From the NCBI GenBank assembly GCA_964386615.1, contig CAYLSL010000003.1, positions 1 through 50,425 of the forward strand: a stretch of 50,425 nucleotides of DNA, in the 5' to 3' direction. Positions 38,829 through 49,238 of this stretch are shown piece after piece. Below the pieces are notes generated by a model. The model was not told the origin of the DNA. It saw only the letters and a list, made by a program, of their open reading frames with translations, and did no database searches. The first letter of the stretch is position 1. The number at the start of each line of letters is the position of its first letter. The stretch is from an uncultured Veillonellaceae bacterium (GTDB lineage: Bacteria > Bacillota > Negativicutes > UBA1444). Position numbers and translations under genes: made by a program.

Positions 38829-39989
38829 TTACTTGAGCCCTCCCTTCTTGAGACACTGTACGATGCCCTCTGCAACCTGAGGCAAAGGTAATATCGTATC
38901 GACAACCCCCGCTTCGATCGCAGCCTTTGGCATTCCAAAAACAACGGCTGTAGACTGGTCTTCGGCAATCGTGAGTCCGCGTGAACGTTTGATCGCCTGC
39001 ATCCCTTTGGCTCCGTCATGTCCCATACCAGTCAAAATAACCCCAACCGTTTTGATTCCATATGTTTCGGAGACCGAAACCATCATCGGATCAACAGCAG
39101 GCCGCAAGCCGCCGATCGCCGGATCTTTATTCAGCTTAACATAGGTTCCGGAGCCTTCCCTGCGTAGAGTAAGATGGAAATCACCGGGCGCAATATAAAC
39201 TGTACCGGCAACCAATTTATCATTATCAGCCGCCTCTTTTACAGTCAGTTCGCACAAAGTGTTTAACCGTTCTGCCAGTGATTTCGTAAACCCGGGCGGC
39301 ATATGCTGAACAACCAAAGTTGGGCAAGGCAAGTTACCCGGCAACCGCGTCAAAACCTCCTGCAGAGCCCTTGGTCCACCTGTAGAGGTTCCGATTGCTA
39401 CAATCCAGTCATCAACACCTGAAATTGCCACCGTCTTGGGAACACTGCCCACGGGAGCAGTCTTATCAATTACCGGGGCTTTATCACCGGTTGGCTGCAC
39501 TTCTTTCAGAACAGGCTGAACCTTTACCGGAGTTATCACTGGTGGAATCGCCGCCGGTTTCGGCATCACAACACTGCCGGTACGGAGACGAATGCCACTC
39601 ACGCCTGCTGCCGCACGACACTTCTGCAACAAATCTTTTTCAATCTCATCGATTCGGGAAATAGCACCCGCACTTTTGGCAACAAAATCAACCGCACCCA
39701 GACTCAACGCTTTAATGGTCGCGTCGGCGCCCGATTTTGTCAGGCTGCTGACCATAACTACCGGAGTCGGTTTTACAGCCATTATTTGTTCCAGCGCCGC
39801 CAATCCATCCATTAATGGCATTTCAACATCAAGCGTCACAACATCCGGTGAGAATTGTTTCACTTTTTCCACAGCCTCAACACCATTTCTTGCAATATCC
39901 ACCACTTCAAAATCCGGCTGACCCTTAAACAAATCAGACAGAACTTTTCTCATGAATGCGGAGTCATCGACAACCAATATCCGAATCAA
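38829..39989 (-). CDS. cheB: protein-glutamate methylesterase/deamidase CheB
   Basis: 386 aa with TTG start after GGAGGG. REC domain (ILVVDDSAFMR), a long Pro/Val-rich linker, and the esterase triad context GTSTGGPRAL, GMGHDGA. Confidence 0.93.
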   Translation of the reverse strand: MIRILVVDDSAFMRKVLSDLFKGQPDFEVVDIARNGVEAVEKVKQFSPDVVTLDVEMPLMDGLAALEQIMAVKPTPVVMVSSLTKSGADATIKALSLGAVDFVAKSAGAISRIDEIEKDLLQKCRAAAGVSGIRLRTGSVVMPKPAAIPPVITPVKVQPVLKEVQPTGDKAPVIDKTAPVGSVPKTVAISGVDDWIVAIGTSTGGPRALQEVLTRLPGNLPCPTLVVQHMPPGFTKSLAERLNTLCELTVKEAADNDKLVAGTVYIAPGDFHLTLRREGSGTYVKLNKDPAIGGLRPAVDPMMVSVSETYGIKTVGVILTGMGHDGAKGMQAIKRSRGLTIAEDQSTAVVFGMPKAAIEAGVVDTILPLPQVAEGIVQCLKKGGLK

Positions 39990-40044
39990 AAACTATCCCT
40001 CCATAGTGTTATTATCAACACCGACTTCAAAATTGAATGCTTAC

Positions 40045-40926
40045 TCAGCCGCGAGCAAGCAATCTTTGAAATAAGCCCCGAATTCCTCGTGGAACCGGCA
40101 GATCCTCACCAAAAACGAGGGAGTGTGCAATTCTGTCGACACAACGAGCCGCTACGCTGTCCGGGTAAGCAATCATTAACGGAACCTGGCTGGTTACTGA
40201 TTTTTGCACCATACGATCCTCAAAAATAAAACCGAGGTGTGAAATGGACAAGCCTAAAAACCGTTGGGATACTTTCGACAATTTATTAAGAACACCTTCA
40301 CCTTCAGCAAGTTCACGGACACGGTTTACAATCAAGCGAATCGGTGAGTGCCCGCCTTGTGCGGCATATGCCTTGATAACTGCATATGCATCAGCAACAG
40401 CTGTTGGTTCCGGTGTAGTGACCACAATCACCTCATCGGCCGCAAGAACAAAATTCAGGACCATTCGGTTTAAGCCAGCGCCTGTGTCAATCAAAATGAT
40501 ATCCGCCCAATTATCAAACTGACCGACCTGATGCAAAAAATATTGAATCTGCGAGTCGGAAAGATTCGATAAGTCATATATGCCAGAGCCGCCGGAAATA
40601 AACTTGATTCCCAGCGGGCCATCCGCAACTACATCATTAAGACTCAATCCATTATGAATGACCTGAAATAAGTTTCCCGGTGCTGATGCCCCCAGGATGA
40701 CATCGACATTGGATAATCCCAGATCTGCATCCAGAATTAAAACCTTTTTGCCCAAGCGGGCAAAAGCCACCGCCAACGCAACAGTGAGATTCGTCTTGCC
40801 GACCCCGCCTTTGCCACTGGTTACTGTAATAACACGGGCTTGGGTTTGAATCGGTTTAAGAATGGCACTGCGCGAGGAGCCCATCATTTCATTTAATTGA
40901 CGGAGTCGATTTGCCTGATCGTTCAT
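40045..40926 (-). CDS. flhG: MinD-type ATPase FlhG (YlxH)
   Basis: 293 aa with the N-terminal FlhF-activator motif DQANRLRQL and the deviant Walker A SGKGGVGKT. ATGA overlap with flhF. Confidence 0.92.
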   Translation of the reverse strand: MNDQANRLRQLNEMMGSSRSAILKPIQTQARVITVTSGKGGVGKTNLTVALAVAFARLGKKVLILDADLGLSNVDVILGASAPGNLFQVIHNGLSLNDVVADGPLGIKFISGGSGIYDLSNLSDSQIQYFLHQVGQFDNWADIILIDTGAGLNRMVLNFVLAADEVIVVTTPEPTAVADAYAVIKAYAAQGGHSPIRLIVNRVRELAEGEGVLNKLSKVSQRFLGLSISHLGFIFEDRMVQKSVTSQVPLMIAYPDSVAARCVDRIAHSLVFGEDLPVPRGIRGLFQRLLARG

Positions 40927-42047
40927 GTTCTGCCTCGCAACATCAATGTAGTAAGCCGGTTTGGGTCAGCCGGTTCAATATCATCCGGCACATTCTGGCC
41001 GGTAGTAATATACGATAAGGTTTTCGGCGCATGAAACATCAAATTAAATACTGTCCCCAGATTACAGGCTTCGTCGATTTTTGTAAACAGATATTTTTGC
41101 GGTTTTGAAGATTGGAATCGCTGAACAGCATCCAGGCACTCGGTGAATTTGGTCGTCGCGCTTAATACCAGGTGTTTTTCAATATTATCATCCACCGCCA
41201 TCAACGCTTCCAATTCAGCAAGTTGCGGCTGGTTTGACGGGCTTCGCCCTGCTGTGTCAATTAACACCAATTGTTTATCCTGATGCCGGTACAATGCGGC
41301 CCTAAGTTCTTGCGGCGTATAAACCACATCAATCGGAATACTAATAAGATCGGCATAGGTTTTGAGTTGTTCCACCGCAGCAATACGATAGGTATCGGCC
41401 GTAATCAATGCAACGCTGAATTTTTCCCGCAAGGCAAAGTTTGCTGCCAGTTTTGCAACAGTTGTTGTCTTGCCGACTCCGGTCGGCCCAATGAGTGCTA
41501 CGACTTTACAACTGGCAGGACGGATTTTTATTCCGCCAACATCCTGAAAATGTTCAATCAGCCGCTCACGCAACTTACTTTGCAACATTTCCGAGCTGAG
41601 AAAATTAGTGTTGGGAAGTCCATAAAACAAAGCATCTGCAGCCACCGGGTCAATATCATTGACACGCGCCCATTCCATTAGCGCCGATTTTTTCTTTTCT
41701 GAAGCCTGGCTAAACGTTGTCGGCTCAGGAGCAGCAGCTTTCTTTTCCAGAACACTTTCCAAGGTCTTGCGCATACTGGCCAGCTCGAGATGCAAGGCAA
41801 GAATTTTTGCATCATCCGATTCAACAGCTTTCGGTTTCGCTTCTGGCGGTTTGGCAGCTTTGGGACTATGCACCGCATTTGTATCAATCGCTGCCGTCAC
41901 TTCAACCACTTCGGTTGCCATGAGCCCAAGGAATCCGCCTTGTCTAAGCCGACGAGTCTGCAGGATCACTGCTTCCCGGCCAAGATCCTGTTTTACTTCC
42001 GCCAAGGCTTCGGCCAGTGTCGGCGCCCGATAAGTCTTGACTTTCAA
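40923..42047 (-). CDS. flhF: flagellar SRP-type GTPase FlhF
   Basis: 374 aa with TTG start. GPTGVGKTTT, DTAGR and TKIDE G-motifs. Confidence 0.92.
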   Translation of the reverse strand: MKVKTYRAPTLAEALAEVKQDLGREAVILQTRRLRQGGFLGLMATEVVEVTAAIDTNAVHSPKAAKPPEAKPKAVESDDAKILALHLELASMRKTLESVLEKKAAAPEPTTFSQASEKKKSALMEWARVNDIDPVAADALFYGLPNTNFLSSEMLQSKLRERLIEHFQDVGGIKIRPASCKVVALIGPTGVGKTTTVAKLAANFALREKFSVALITADTYRIAAVEQLKTYADLISIPIDVVYTPQELRAALYRHQDKQLVLIDTAGRSPSNQPQLAELEALMAVDDNIEKHLVLSATTKFTECLDAVQRFQSSKPQKYLFTKIDEACNLGTVFNLMFHAPKTLSYITTGQNVPDDIEPADPNRLTTLMLRGRT

Positions 42048-44111
42048 TTATATTTTCACCATCCCTACAGACTGAACTTCAATTTGGTTTTCCAATTCTG
42101 CAAAAGAAAGAATAACCAAGTTGGGAGCAATCCGTTCGGTTAATTTTCTTACATAGAGCCTGGAGGCCGGACTAGTGAGCAATACGGGGTGAAATCCCGC
42201 CGTCGTGAGTTTTTGAATTTCTGTTGACAAGCTACCAATAAACTGTTGCATCGATCCAGGATCAAGATTGACAAAACTACCGCGATCTGAATGCTGAACT
42301 GAAGATACAATCATGTTTTCGGTTTGCGGGTCCAATGTAATACAGGTCAACGTATTGTTTTGAATGTACTGCCGGGATATATTGCGTGACAATGTCCTGC
42401 GCACATATTCCGCCAATACTTCCGGATCCTTTGTGAAAGTTGCCGTATCGGCCAACGTTTCCATAATACTGACAAGATCTCGCACAGAAACCCGCTCTTT
42501 TAACAGGCAAACCAAAACCTTTTGAATGTCACCCACTGAAAGCATCGCTGGAACGAGCTCGGACACAACGGCCGGATGATCCTGTTTGACAGAATCGATA
42601 AGAGTCTGGACATCCTGACGACCGAGCAATTCGTCACAATGGCTTTTGACCACTTCAGTCAGATGCGTCGCCAGTACCGAAATCGGATCGACAACTGTAT
42701 AACCTGACAATTCCGCACGTTCCCGATAAGCTTCATGAATCCAGAGCGCCGGCAGGCCAAATGCAGGTTCCATTGTTTCCTCGCCCGGGATTTCCTCCGT
42801 GACTGCTCCCGGATTCATCGCCAAAAAGTGATCAAGTAATAATTCGCCCTTGGCAACCTCAATTCCCTTTATTTTTATCACATATGCATTAGGTTTTAAT
42901 TGAATATTATCGCGTATACGGATTGTTGGTACGACAATCCCCATTTCAAGCGCACACTGCCGGCGGATCATGACCACGCGATCCAGCAAATTTCCGCCTT
43001 GTGCGACATCAACCAAAGGAATCAGACTGTAACCAATTTCCAGTTCGATGGGATCAACCTGCAACAACGATACAATATTTTCCGGCTTGCGCACTTCTTC
43101 CAGTTCTTTTTCTTCTTGTTGCGTAACGGCAGTTTCTTGCGCAGTTTTTGCGGTCTTCTGCAAAATATAGCCAAGTCCTGAAATTAAAATGGCGATGGAC
43201 AAAAACGGAATTCCCGGCAGACCTGGCACTGCCGCCAAAACCGTCAACACTGCAGCGACCAGAAAGAAAACGCGCGGATAAGCAAGCAATTGGGCCGCAA
43301 TATCATGACCCAAGTTATCTTCGGATGCAGCCCGGGTGACAACCAGACCGGTCGCTGTAGAAATCAAAAGCGCAGGAATCTGATTGACCAAACCCTCACC
43401 AACCGTCAACAGGGTGTAAGTTTGCAACGCCTGCAAAATCGACATATCACGCTGAACCATGCCGATCACAAATCCACCTAAAATATTGACTACGATAATA
43501 ACAATCGCCGCAATTGCATCGCCTTTGACAAATTTACTGGCGCCGTCCATCGCGCCATAGAAATCTGCTTCCCGCTGAATATTGCGTCTTCGTGTCCGCG
43601 CTTCATTATCATTGATCAGGCCGGCATTCAAGTCGGCATCGATCGCCATTTGTTTGCCGGGCATCGCATCCAGGGTAAAACGGGCCGCAACTTCAGCAAC
43701 GCGCTCAGCACCTTTGGTGATTACGATAAATTGAATCAAAATCAGAATGACGAACACAATGAAGCCGACTACAGCATTTCCACCGACAACAAAGCTGCCA
43801 AATGCCAAAATGACTTCACCGGCATAGCCCTGCAACAAAATGAGCCGGGTTGCCGAAACATTCAGCGCCAAACGAAACAGGGTGGTAACAAGCAATAAGG
43901 AGGGGAATACCGAAAATTGCAGCGGTTCAACATTATAAATCGAAATCATCACGATGGTCAGTGACAAGGTGATATTCAAGGCTAACAGCAAGTCCAGCAA
44001 AAAAGGCGGCAACGGAATAATCATCATCATGACGATCATTACAACACCGAGCGCCAGCAGAACATCGCTGAACTTATTCAACTTACTGATTAACGCATTA
44101 TTGTCACCCAT
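42048..44111 (-). CDS. flhA: flagellar export apparatus protein FlhA
   Basis: 687 aa. N-terminal polytopic membrane domain (VGEGLVNQIPALLISTATGLVVTRA) and a C-terminal cytoplasmic domain. Confidence 0.96.
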   Translation of the reverse strand: MGDNNALISKLNKFSDVLLALGVVMIVMMMIIPLPPFLLDLLLALNITLSLTIVMISIYNVEPLQFSVFPSLLLVTTLFRLALNVSATRLILLQGYAGEVILAFGSFVVGGNAVVGFIVFVILILIQFIVITKGAERVAEVAARFTLDAMPGKQMAIDADLNAGLINDNEARTRRRNIQREADFYGAMDGASKFVKGDAIAAIVIIVVNILGGFVIGMVQRDMSILQALQTYTLLTVGEGLVNQIPALLISTATGLVVTRAASEDNLGHDIAAQLLAYPRVFFLVAAVLTVLAAVPGLPGIPFLSIAILISGLGYILQKTAKTAQETAVTQQEEKELEEVRKPENIVSLLQVDPIELEIGYSLIPLVDVAQGGNLLDRVVMIRRQCALEMGIVVPTIRIRDNIQLKPNAYVIKIKGIEVAKGELLLDHFLAMNPGAVTEEIPGEETMEPAFGLPALWIHEAYRERAELSGYTVVDPISVLATHLTEVVKSHCDELLGRQDVQTLIDSVKQDHPAVVSELVPAMLSVGDIQKVLVCLLKERVSVRDLVSIMETLADTATFTKDPEVLAEYVRRTLSRNISRQYIQNNTLTCITLDPQTENMIVSSVQHSDRGSFVNLDPGSMQQFIGSLSTEIQKLTTAGFHPVLLTSPASRLYVRKLTERIAPNLVILSFAELENQIEVQSVGMVKI

Positions 44112-44131
44112 TAATTATCTCCATCCAGAAA

Positions 44132-45301
44132 TCAAGAATACTTGCGCTTCAACCGATATACATACGCCAAAACTTCGGCGACCGCCTTGTACAGGTCGGG
44201 GGGAATCACATCACCCACCTCAGCATTCTTGAATAATGCCTGGGCCAATGGTTTGTTCTCGACCACAACCACATCATTTTCCTTGGCAATTTCACGGATG
44301 CGCTGCGCGATAAAGTCGGCTCCCTTGGCAACGACAGTCGGCGCTTCCATCCCGGATTCGTATTTTAGCGCGACGGCAAAATGTGTCGGGTTTGTTACAA
44401 CCACATCAGCCTTGGGAACTTCTGACATCATGCGACGCATAGCGATCGCCCGTTGCTTTTCTCGGATTTTGCTTTTTATTTGCGGATTCCCTTCGGTCTG
44501 TTTCATCTCTTCTTTGACTTCCTGTTTGCTCATCTTCAGATTTTGCATATGCTCCCACCATTGGTAGCCATAATCCAATATCGCCAAAACTAAAATAACC
44601 ATGGCGATTTGAAAAGCCAAATCATAGATGATGCCCGCAAGCAACGCAAATGAATCCGTAATTTCCGCCATCATCAACGACGGGATCCGCAGGGTTTCTT
44701 TTTGAATGAAACGATAAATGAAATAACCGACGACAAAAATTTTCAATAGTGACTTTACAAGTTCGACTACAGATCGTTTGGAGAATATCCTGCCAAACCC
44801 AGAGATGGGATTAATTCGACTGAACTGCGGCATAATCGTATCCGGGTTAAAAGAAAAACCGACTTGCATTACCGATACGACAATCGATACCAAAAGAACT
44901 GCAACCATCACCGGTAATGCGGCCTCAAAAAAATTCATGCCGGCCTCGACAATGATCAGGTTGACCGATTGAATCGTAAAATCGCCGCGGACATCCAATC
45001 CGCCAAAAATATGTCGCATATATCCGGAAAGTTTTTCGTACGTGCCAGGTCCAGCCGTCTTCAAAGCAACAAATGCCGCCAATATCACAAAGACTGAGCT
45101 CAGTTCCGCACTTTTGGCGACTTGCCCCTTTTTGCGGCTCTCTTCCTGTTTGCGCTGCGTTGGTTCCTCGGTTTTTTCCGATGAATCAAACCGCTGCAAA
45201 TCAAACTGGAATCCGCTATTTGGCCTCTTTGGCAAGAATTTCAAGCATTCGCGAAAAATCCCGAAAAATTCCTTCAAAGCCGACCTCCAAAAACGAAACA
45301 T
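44132..45301 (-). CDS. flhB: flagellar export switch protein FlhB (start uncertain)
   Basis: EKTEEPTQRKQEESRKKGQVAKS N-terminus and autocleavage site NPTHFAVAL. ATG 45301 overlaps fliR by 86 nt and has no SD. Alternative TTG starts lie at 45235 and 45199. Confidence 0.88.
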   Translation of the reverse strand: MFRFWRSALKEFFGIFRECLKFLPKRPNSGFQFDLQRFDSSEKTEEPTQRKQEESRKKGQVAKSAELSSVFVILAAFVALKTAGPGTYEKLSGYMRHIFGGLDVRGDFTIQSVNLIIVEAGMNFFEAALPVMVAVLLVSIVVSVMQVGFSFNPDTIMPQFSRINPISGFGRIFSKRSVVELVKSLLKIFVVGYFIYRFIQKETLRIPSLMMAEITDSFALLAGIIYDLAFQIAMVILVLAILDYGYQWWEHMQNLKMSKQEVKEEMKQTEGNPQIKSKIREKQRAIAMRRMMSEVPKADVVVTNPTHFAVALKYESGMEAPTVVAKGADFIAQRIREIAKENDVVVVENKPLAQALFKNAEVGDVIPPDLYKAVAEVLAYVYRLKRKYS

Positions 45302-46007
45302 AAAAAGGTAGAATCAAATAAATCATAAACATGCCAACTACAAGCTTCCCGGTTATTCCGACCACGAATACGTTCATTTGCGGCATAATCCGAGCTAAAA
45401 TCCCCAAAGCAACGTCGGTCATCAAAACGGTTCCCATCACTGGCAGGGCAATTCGCAGGGATAAAACAAACATATTCGCCACCGCATCCACCATCATGGC
45501 AGCCGCATTATCCAAATGCAATGGAACTCCCAGTGGGACTAAGCGGAAATTGTCGGCAAGGGCAGTAATGATTACATGATGTCCCTGTAAAGCCAAAAAC
45601 ACAACCAGCGCCATCAAGAACTTAAAGTTGCCAACCAGCGGAACTTGCTGGCCGTACTGTGGATCGAACACATTGATCATGCCAAAACCAACTTGCATAT
45701 CTATCAATTGACCCGCCATCTGTACCGCCTGAAAAAACAGTGCGGCAACATAGCCAGCCGCCAGTCCATAGGTCAGTTCGATCAAAACCCACCAGGCCAG
45801 CATCAACAACGATGCAGGTGATCGGGTTATATCCCATTTTGACATGGGAATGAGTAACAGTGACAATAATAGCGCCAAACCAACCCGCACATAGACCGGA
45901 ATCACTTTACTGCCAAAAACTGGTGCAGTGGTCATTGCTCCCGTCACTCTGGCGAATACCAATAAAAATTGTAAAAACTGATTGGCAATCGTAGCAGGAA
46001 AATCCAC
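45216..46007 (-). CDS. fliR: flagellar export apparatus protein FliR
   Basis: 263-aa polytopic membrane protein with GTG start, between fliQ and flhB. Confidence 0.9.
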   Translation of the reverse strand: MDFPATIANQFLQFLLVFARVTGAMTTAPVFGSKVIPVYVRVGLALLLSLLLIPMSKWDITRSPASLLMLAWWVLIELTYGLAAGYVAALFFQAVQMAGQLIDMQVGFGMINVFDPQYGQQVPLVGNFKFLMALVVFLALQGHHVIITALADNFRLVPLGVPLHLDNAAAMMVDAVANMFVLSLRIALPVMGTVLMTDVALGILARIMPQMNVFVVGITGKLVVGMFMIYLILPFYVSFLEVGFEGIFRDFSRMLEILAKEAK

Positions 46008-46020
46008 ACTAGCCCCGATT

Positions 46021-46290
46021 CTAGCGAATCACGCTGTTGAAGGAGAGAAATAATTCGCGGGTATAATCGACAATCATGCTCAAAATCCACGGGCCAAAGA
46101 TAAGAATCGCCACAAACGTGGCGACAATTTTGGGAACAAAGACAAGCGTCTGTTCCTGGATCTGGGTTGTAGCCTGAAAGATGCTTACCGCAACGCCGAC
46201 AATGAGTCCAAGACCCAACATCGGTGCAGATACAAGCATTACCATAAACAAAGCTTCTCGCCCCAGCTGGATAGCAATATCCTGCGACAC
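46021..46290 (-). CDS. fliQ: flagellar export apparatus protein FliQ
   Basis: 89 aa with two TM helices and GTG start after GGGAGG. Confidence 0.92.
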   Translation of the reverse strand: MSQDIAIQLGREALFMVMLVSAPMLGLGLIVGVAVSIFQATTQIQEQTLVFVPKIVATFVAILIFGPWILSMIVDYTRELFLSFNSVIR

Positions 46291-46308
46291 GCTGCGTTGC
46301 CTCCCTTT

Positions 46309-47121
46309 CTAATTAAAAGTCATTAACAGGGATCGAATAACCAGATGCCAACCGTCAACCAAAATAAACAACAGTATCTTGAAAGGTAACGAAATCATTA
46401 CTGGCGGCACCATCATCATGCCCATCGACATCAGCGTCGAGGCCACTACCATATCAACGACAATAAATGGAATGTATATCAAAAAACCAATTTGAAATGC
46501 TGTTTTGAGTTCGCTGATGATAAAAGCCGGTATAAGCACAGTCGTTGGAACATCATTTTGTGAAGTTGGGCGCGGTCCATCCATCAGATTGACAAACAGA
46601 GCAACATCATTCTCGCGAGCCTGTTTGAACATGAATTCACGCATCGGCTTTAATGCTTCAGTCGTTGCCACTTCCTGAGAGATGGTTCCTGCCAGAAATG
46701 GCTGCCAGGCATTTTTATAAACTTGTTCAAAATAGGGAGACATGGTAAAAAACGTTAAAAACAATGCTAGCCCGACAACTACCTGATTGGGCGGCATCTG
46801 CTGTGTTGCCAGAGCACTGCGTAGAAAGGACAATACTACTATAATGCGCGTAAACGCCGTCATCATAATGATTATAGACGGCGCTAGGGAAAGCACGGTC
46901 AACATTAACAGGATTTGCAGGCTTAATGCAACATCTTGCGGTTTGCTTGCCGGCTGAATACCAATATTTAAATTCGGAACCGGAACCAACGGAGCCGCCT
47001 CGACTGCAATCGAGCTAAGAAAAGCCAGCAATACGCCTGTCAGCAACCCTCGCCGCCAAACTGACCATTGGGTATTACGGGCTTCAGGCAACTCAGTTTT
47101 ACCTCTTCTCATGATCATCAT
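46309..47121 (-). CDS. fliP: flagellar export apparatus protein FliP
   Basis: 270 aa. Signal-peptide-like N-terminus, then the conserved core ...LLMLTVLSLAPSIIIMMTAFTRI... and IPFIVVDMVVASTLMSMGMMMVPP. Several in-frame ATGs (47121/47118/47112). Confidence 0.93.
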   Translation of the reverse strand: MMIMRRGKTELPEARNTQWSVWRRGLLTGVLLAFLSSIAVEAAPLVPVPNLNIGIQPASKPQDVALSLQILLMLTVLSLAPSIIIMMTAFTRIIVVLSFLRSALATQQMPPNQVVVGLALFLTFFTMSPYFEQVYKNAWQPFLAGTISQEVATTEALKPMREFMFKQARENDVALFVNLMDGPRPTSQNDVPTTVLIPAFIISELKTAFQIGFLIYIPFIVVDMVVASTLMSMGMMMVPPVMISLPFKILLFILVDGWHLVIRSLLMTFN

Positions 47122-47680
47122 TTCGCCCGGAAGATCCCGAAGGTGAAAAAACCGTCGGAAATCGTTCGCGAATTTGCTTTAATGCCAATATCTGCGATCC
47201 CAATGCCGCTTCAAAGCTTGGCGGAGCAGTTTTTGCCGTATTGCGGATCGTTTCAATTTGTTCCGGCGAGTCAATTTCAAATAACATCTGAATAGATTGT
47301 TCCGTCGCACCTACGACAAAAAACCGCCCCGCCATCTCCACAAGATGAATATTGCGATTCGGTCCCAGTGCAAGTGTCATATGAATTGAGGAACCGGCAC
47401 TTTGACCAATTCCTCCCATTTTTGCGGCAATAAACCGCGATGTCAGATATGCCAGTACAATGACGCCGATAAATAAAACAACCAGAGACAATACATAAGC
47501 CAGGGTTCCTACGGTTGATCCCGCCGTTGCCTTTGCCGGTTCCTGATATTGCAGATAGCCCGGCGTCGTATTTGGGGCTGAAGGTGTTTCAGCCGCTACA
47601 GACAACCCCGAAAAGCCAAATAGGACAAGAAATAGGATAGCGCATGCAACCCTATGCTGCCCCGACACCCCCCGTATCAT
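47099..47680 (-). CDS. fliO: FliO/FliZ family flagellar biosynthesis protein
   Basis: 193 aa with an N-terminal signal/TM and a second TM (LAYVLSLVVLFIGVIVLAYL), then the FliO-type domain. Sits between cheY and fliP as B. subtilis fliZ does. Confidence 0.8.
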   Translation of the reverse strand: MIRGVSGQHRVACAILFLVLFGFSGLSVAAETPSAPNTTPGYLQYQEPAKATAGSTVGTLAYVLSLVVLFIGVIVLAYLTSRFIAAKMGGIGQSAGSSIHMTLALGPNRNIHLVEMAGRFFVVGATEQSIQMLFEIDSPEQIETIRNTAKTAPPSFEAALGSQILALKQIRERFPTVFSPSGSSGRNDDHEKR

Positions 47681-48043
47681 TTATCCAACGGCCTTGCGAA
47701 TTGCTTCCAATACCCGATCCGGCTGGAATGGTTTGACGATAAAATCCCGTGCCCCGGATTGGATTGATTCAATAACCATCGCTTGTTGTCCCATTGCACT
47801 GCACATGATGATTTTCGCCTGCGGGTCAAATTTTTTAATCTCTTTTACCGCACTAATTCCGTCCATTTCAGGCATGGTAATGTCCATGGTAGTTAAATCA
47901 GGTTTGAGTTCCTTGTACTTTTCCACTGCCTGCAATCCATTCGCGCCTTCACCTACAACCTCAAACCCATTCTTGGACAGAATATCCTTGATCATCATCC
48001 GCATGAATGCCGCGTCATCGACTACCAAGACTCGCAATCCCAT
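47681..48043 (-). CDS. cheY: chemotaxis response regulator CheY
   Basis: MGLRVLVVDDAAFMR from ATG 48043, with AAGGAAGGGGA 6 nt upstream. Phospho-acceptor TMDITMPEMDG and FIVKPF. Confidence 0.95.
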   Translation of the reverse strand: MGLRVLVVDDAAFMRMMIKDILSKNGFEVVGEGANGLQAVEKYKELKPDLTTMDITMPEMDGISAVKEIKKFDPQAKIIMCSAMGQQAMVIESIQSGARDFIVKPFQPDRVLEAIRKAVG

Positions 48044-48086
48044 CAGCAATCCCCTTCCTTACTTCATTGAAACAATCTATGTATAT

Positions 48087-49238
48087 TTACTGCAATGTAC
48101 TCGCTCTTTCCTGCATGCTGACAATTCCCGTGATACGTACGCCAAAATTCTCGTCAATAACAACCACTTCCCCTTTGGCAACTATTTTTCCATTCACCAG
48201 AATGTCGACTGGTTCACCGGCAAGCTTATCCAATTCAACCACCGAACCAGGGGCTAAATCCAAAATTTCTCTGATCAGCTTGCGCGTTCGCCCCAATTCG
48301 ACGGTCACTTGCAGTGGGACATCCATAATCATGCCAATATTTGAATCAGAAACATTCATCACATTCTGCTTCAGCGGCGCAAACTGTGCAGGTTGCACAA
48401 TCACGTTTTGTTCAGGCACAACCGCCGAAGGACCACGTTGCGGTGCATGTTGTTGTGGCGGAATATACGATGATTGTTGTTGTATCGGCGGCGCTGCCGC
48501 AACCTGTGCAGGCGCTGCAGCAGGCTTTGGAGCCTGTTGCGCTGGCGCCGGCGCCGAGGAGTGAAGCAATCCGTCAACCATGTCACGAGCAATCTTCAAT
48601 GGCAGGATCAACATAATTTCACTGTCAATCAAATCCTCGACCACCATGCGGAAGGCAATCCGGACCAAATCTTCACTACCTGTTACGCTATCTGTAATAT
48701 TATCATTTCCAGCCAAATCAATCAACCGTACTTTAGGCGGCGCCAAATCAACACGGCTTTTGAAGATGCTTGACAGCGAAGTGGCTGTTGCGCCCATCAT
48801 TTGGTTCATCGCTTCAGCAACTGCGCTCATATAGAGTTCATTCATCCCTGTAGGCGGATTTGATCCATCATTGCCCATCATCAGATCAGCAATAATCGCG
48901 GCATCAGACTCTTTCATCGCCAATAAGTTCGTACCGTTAATACCTTCAGTAAACCGCACTTCTACAATAATATAGGGCATCGGGTAATCTTTGCGCATAT
49001 CGTCAAGCAACATAATGGAAACTCGCGGCGTGGTGATCTCCACCTTGCGGGACAGCAAAACCGACATCGTTGTCGCCGCACTGCCCATGGAAATATTGCC
49101 AATTTCACCTAATGCGTCAATCTCAACATCAGATAAAGTTCCTGCACTCGCCGTAGCAGCCGGAGCCGCCGCCGGGGACTCATTGCGCAACAAAGCATCT
49201 ATCTCATCCTGCGACAAAAAACTATCACTCATGTCCAT
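48087..49238 (-). CDS. fliY: flagellar C-ring switch protein FliY (CheC-like plus FliN domains)
   Basis: N-terminal LSQDEIDALL CheY-P binding motif, CheC-like EIGNISMGSAATTMS, an Ala/Pro/Gln linker and the C-terminal FliN domain (VELDKLAGEPVDILVNGKIVAKGEVVVIDENFGVRI). ATG 49232 has better SD spacing than 49238. Confidence 0.92.
   Translation of the reverse strand: MDMSDSFLSQDEIDALLRNESPAAAPAATASAGTLSDVEIDALGEIGNISMGSAATTMSVLLSRKVEITTPRVSIMLLDDMRKDYPMPYIIVEVRFTEGINGTNLLAMKESDAAIIADLMMGNDGSNPPTGMNELYMSAVAEAMNQMMGATATSLSSIFKSRVDLAPPKVRLIDLAGNDNITDSVTGSEDLVRIAFRMVVEDLIDSEIMLILPLKIARDMVDGLLHSSAPAPAQQAPKPAAAPAQVAAAPPIQQQSSYIPPQQHAPQRGPSAVVPEQNVIVQPAQFAPLKQNVMNVSDSNIGMIMDVPLQVTVELGRTRKLIREILDLAPGSVVELDKLAGEPVDILVNGKIVAKGEVVVIDENFGVRITGIVSMQERASTLQ

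Noticed and set aside
44151-44157. CCGATAT on the plus strand inside the flhB 3' end (possible antisense SigD promoter)
   Set aside because: There is no TAAA -35 at the correct spacing, no plus-strand gene to drive, and a 7-mer match is expected by chance.
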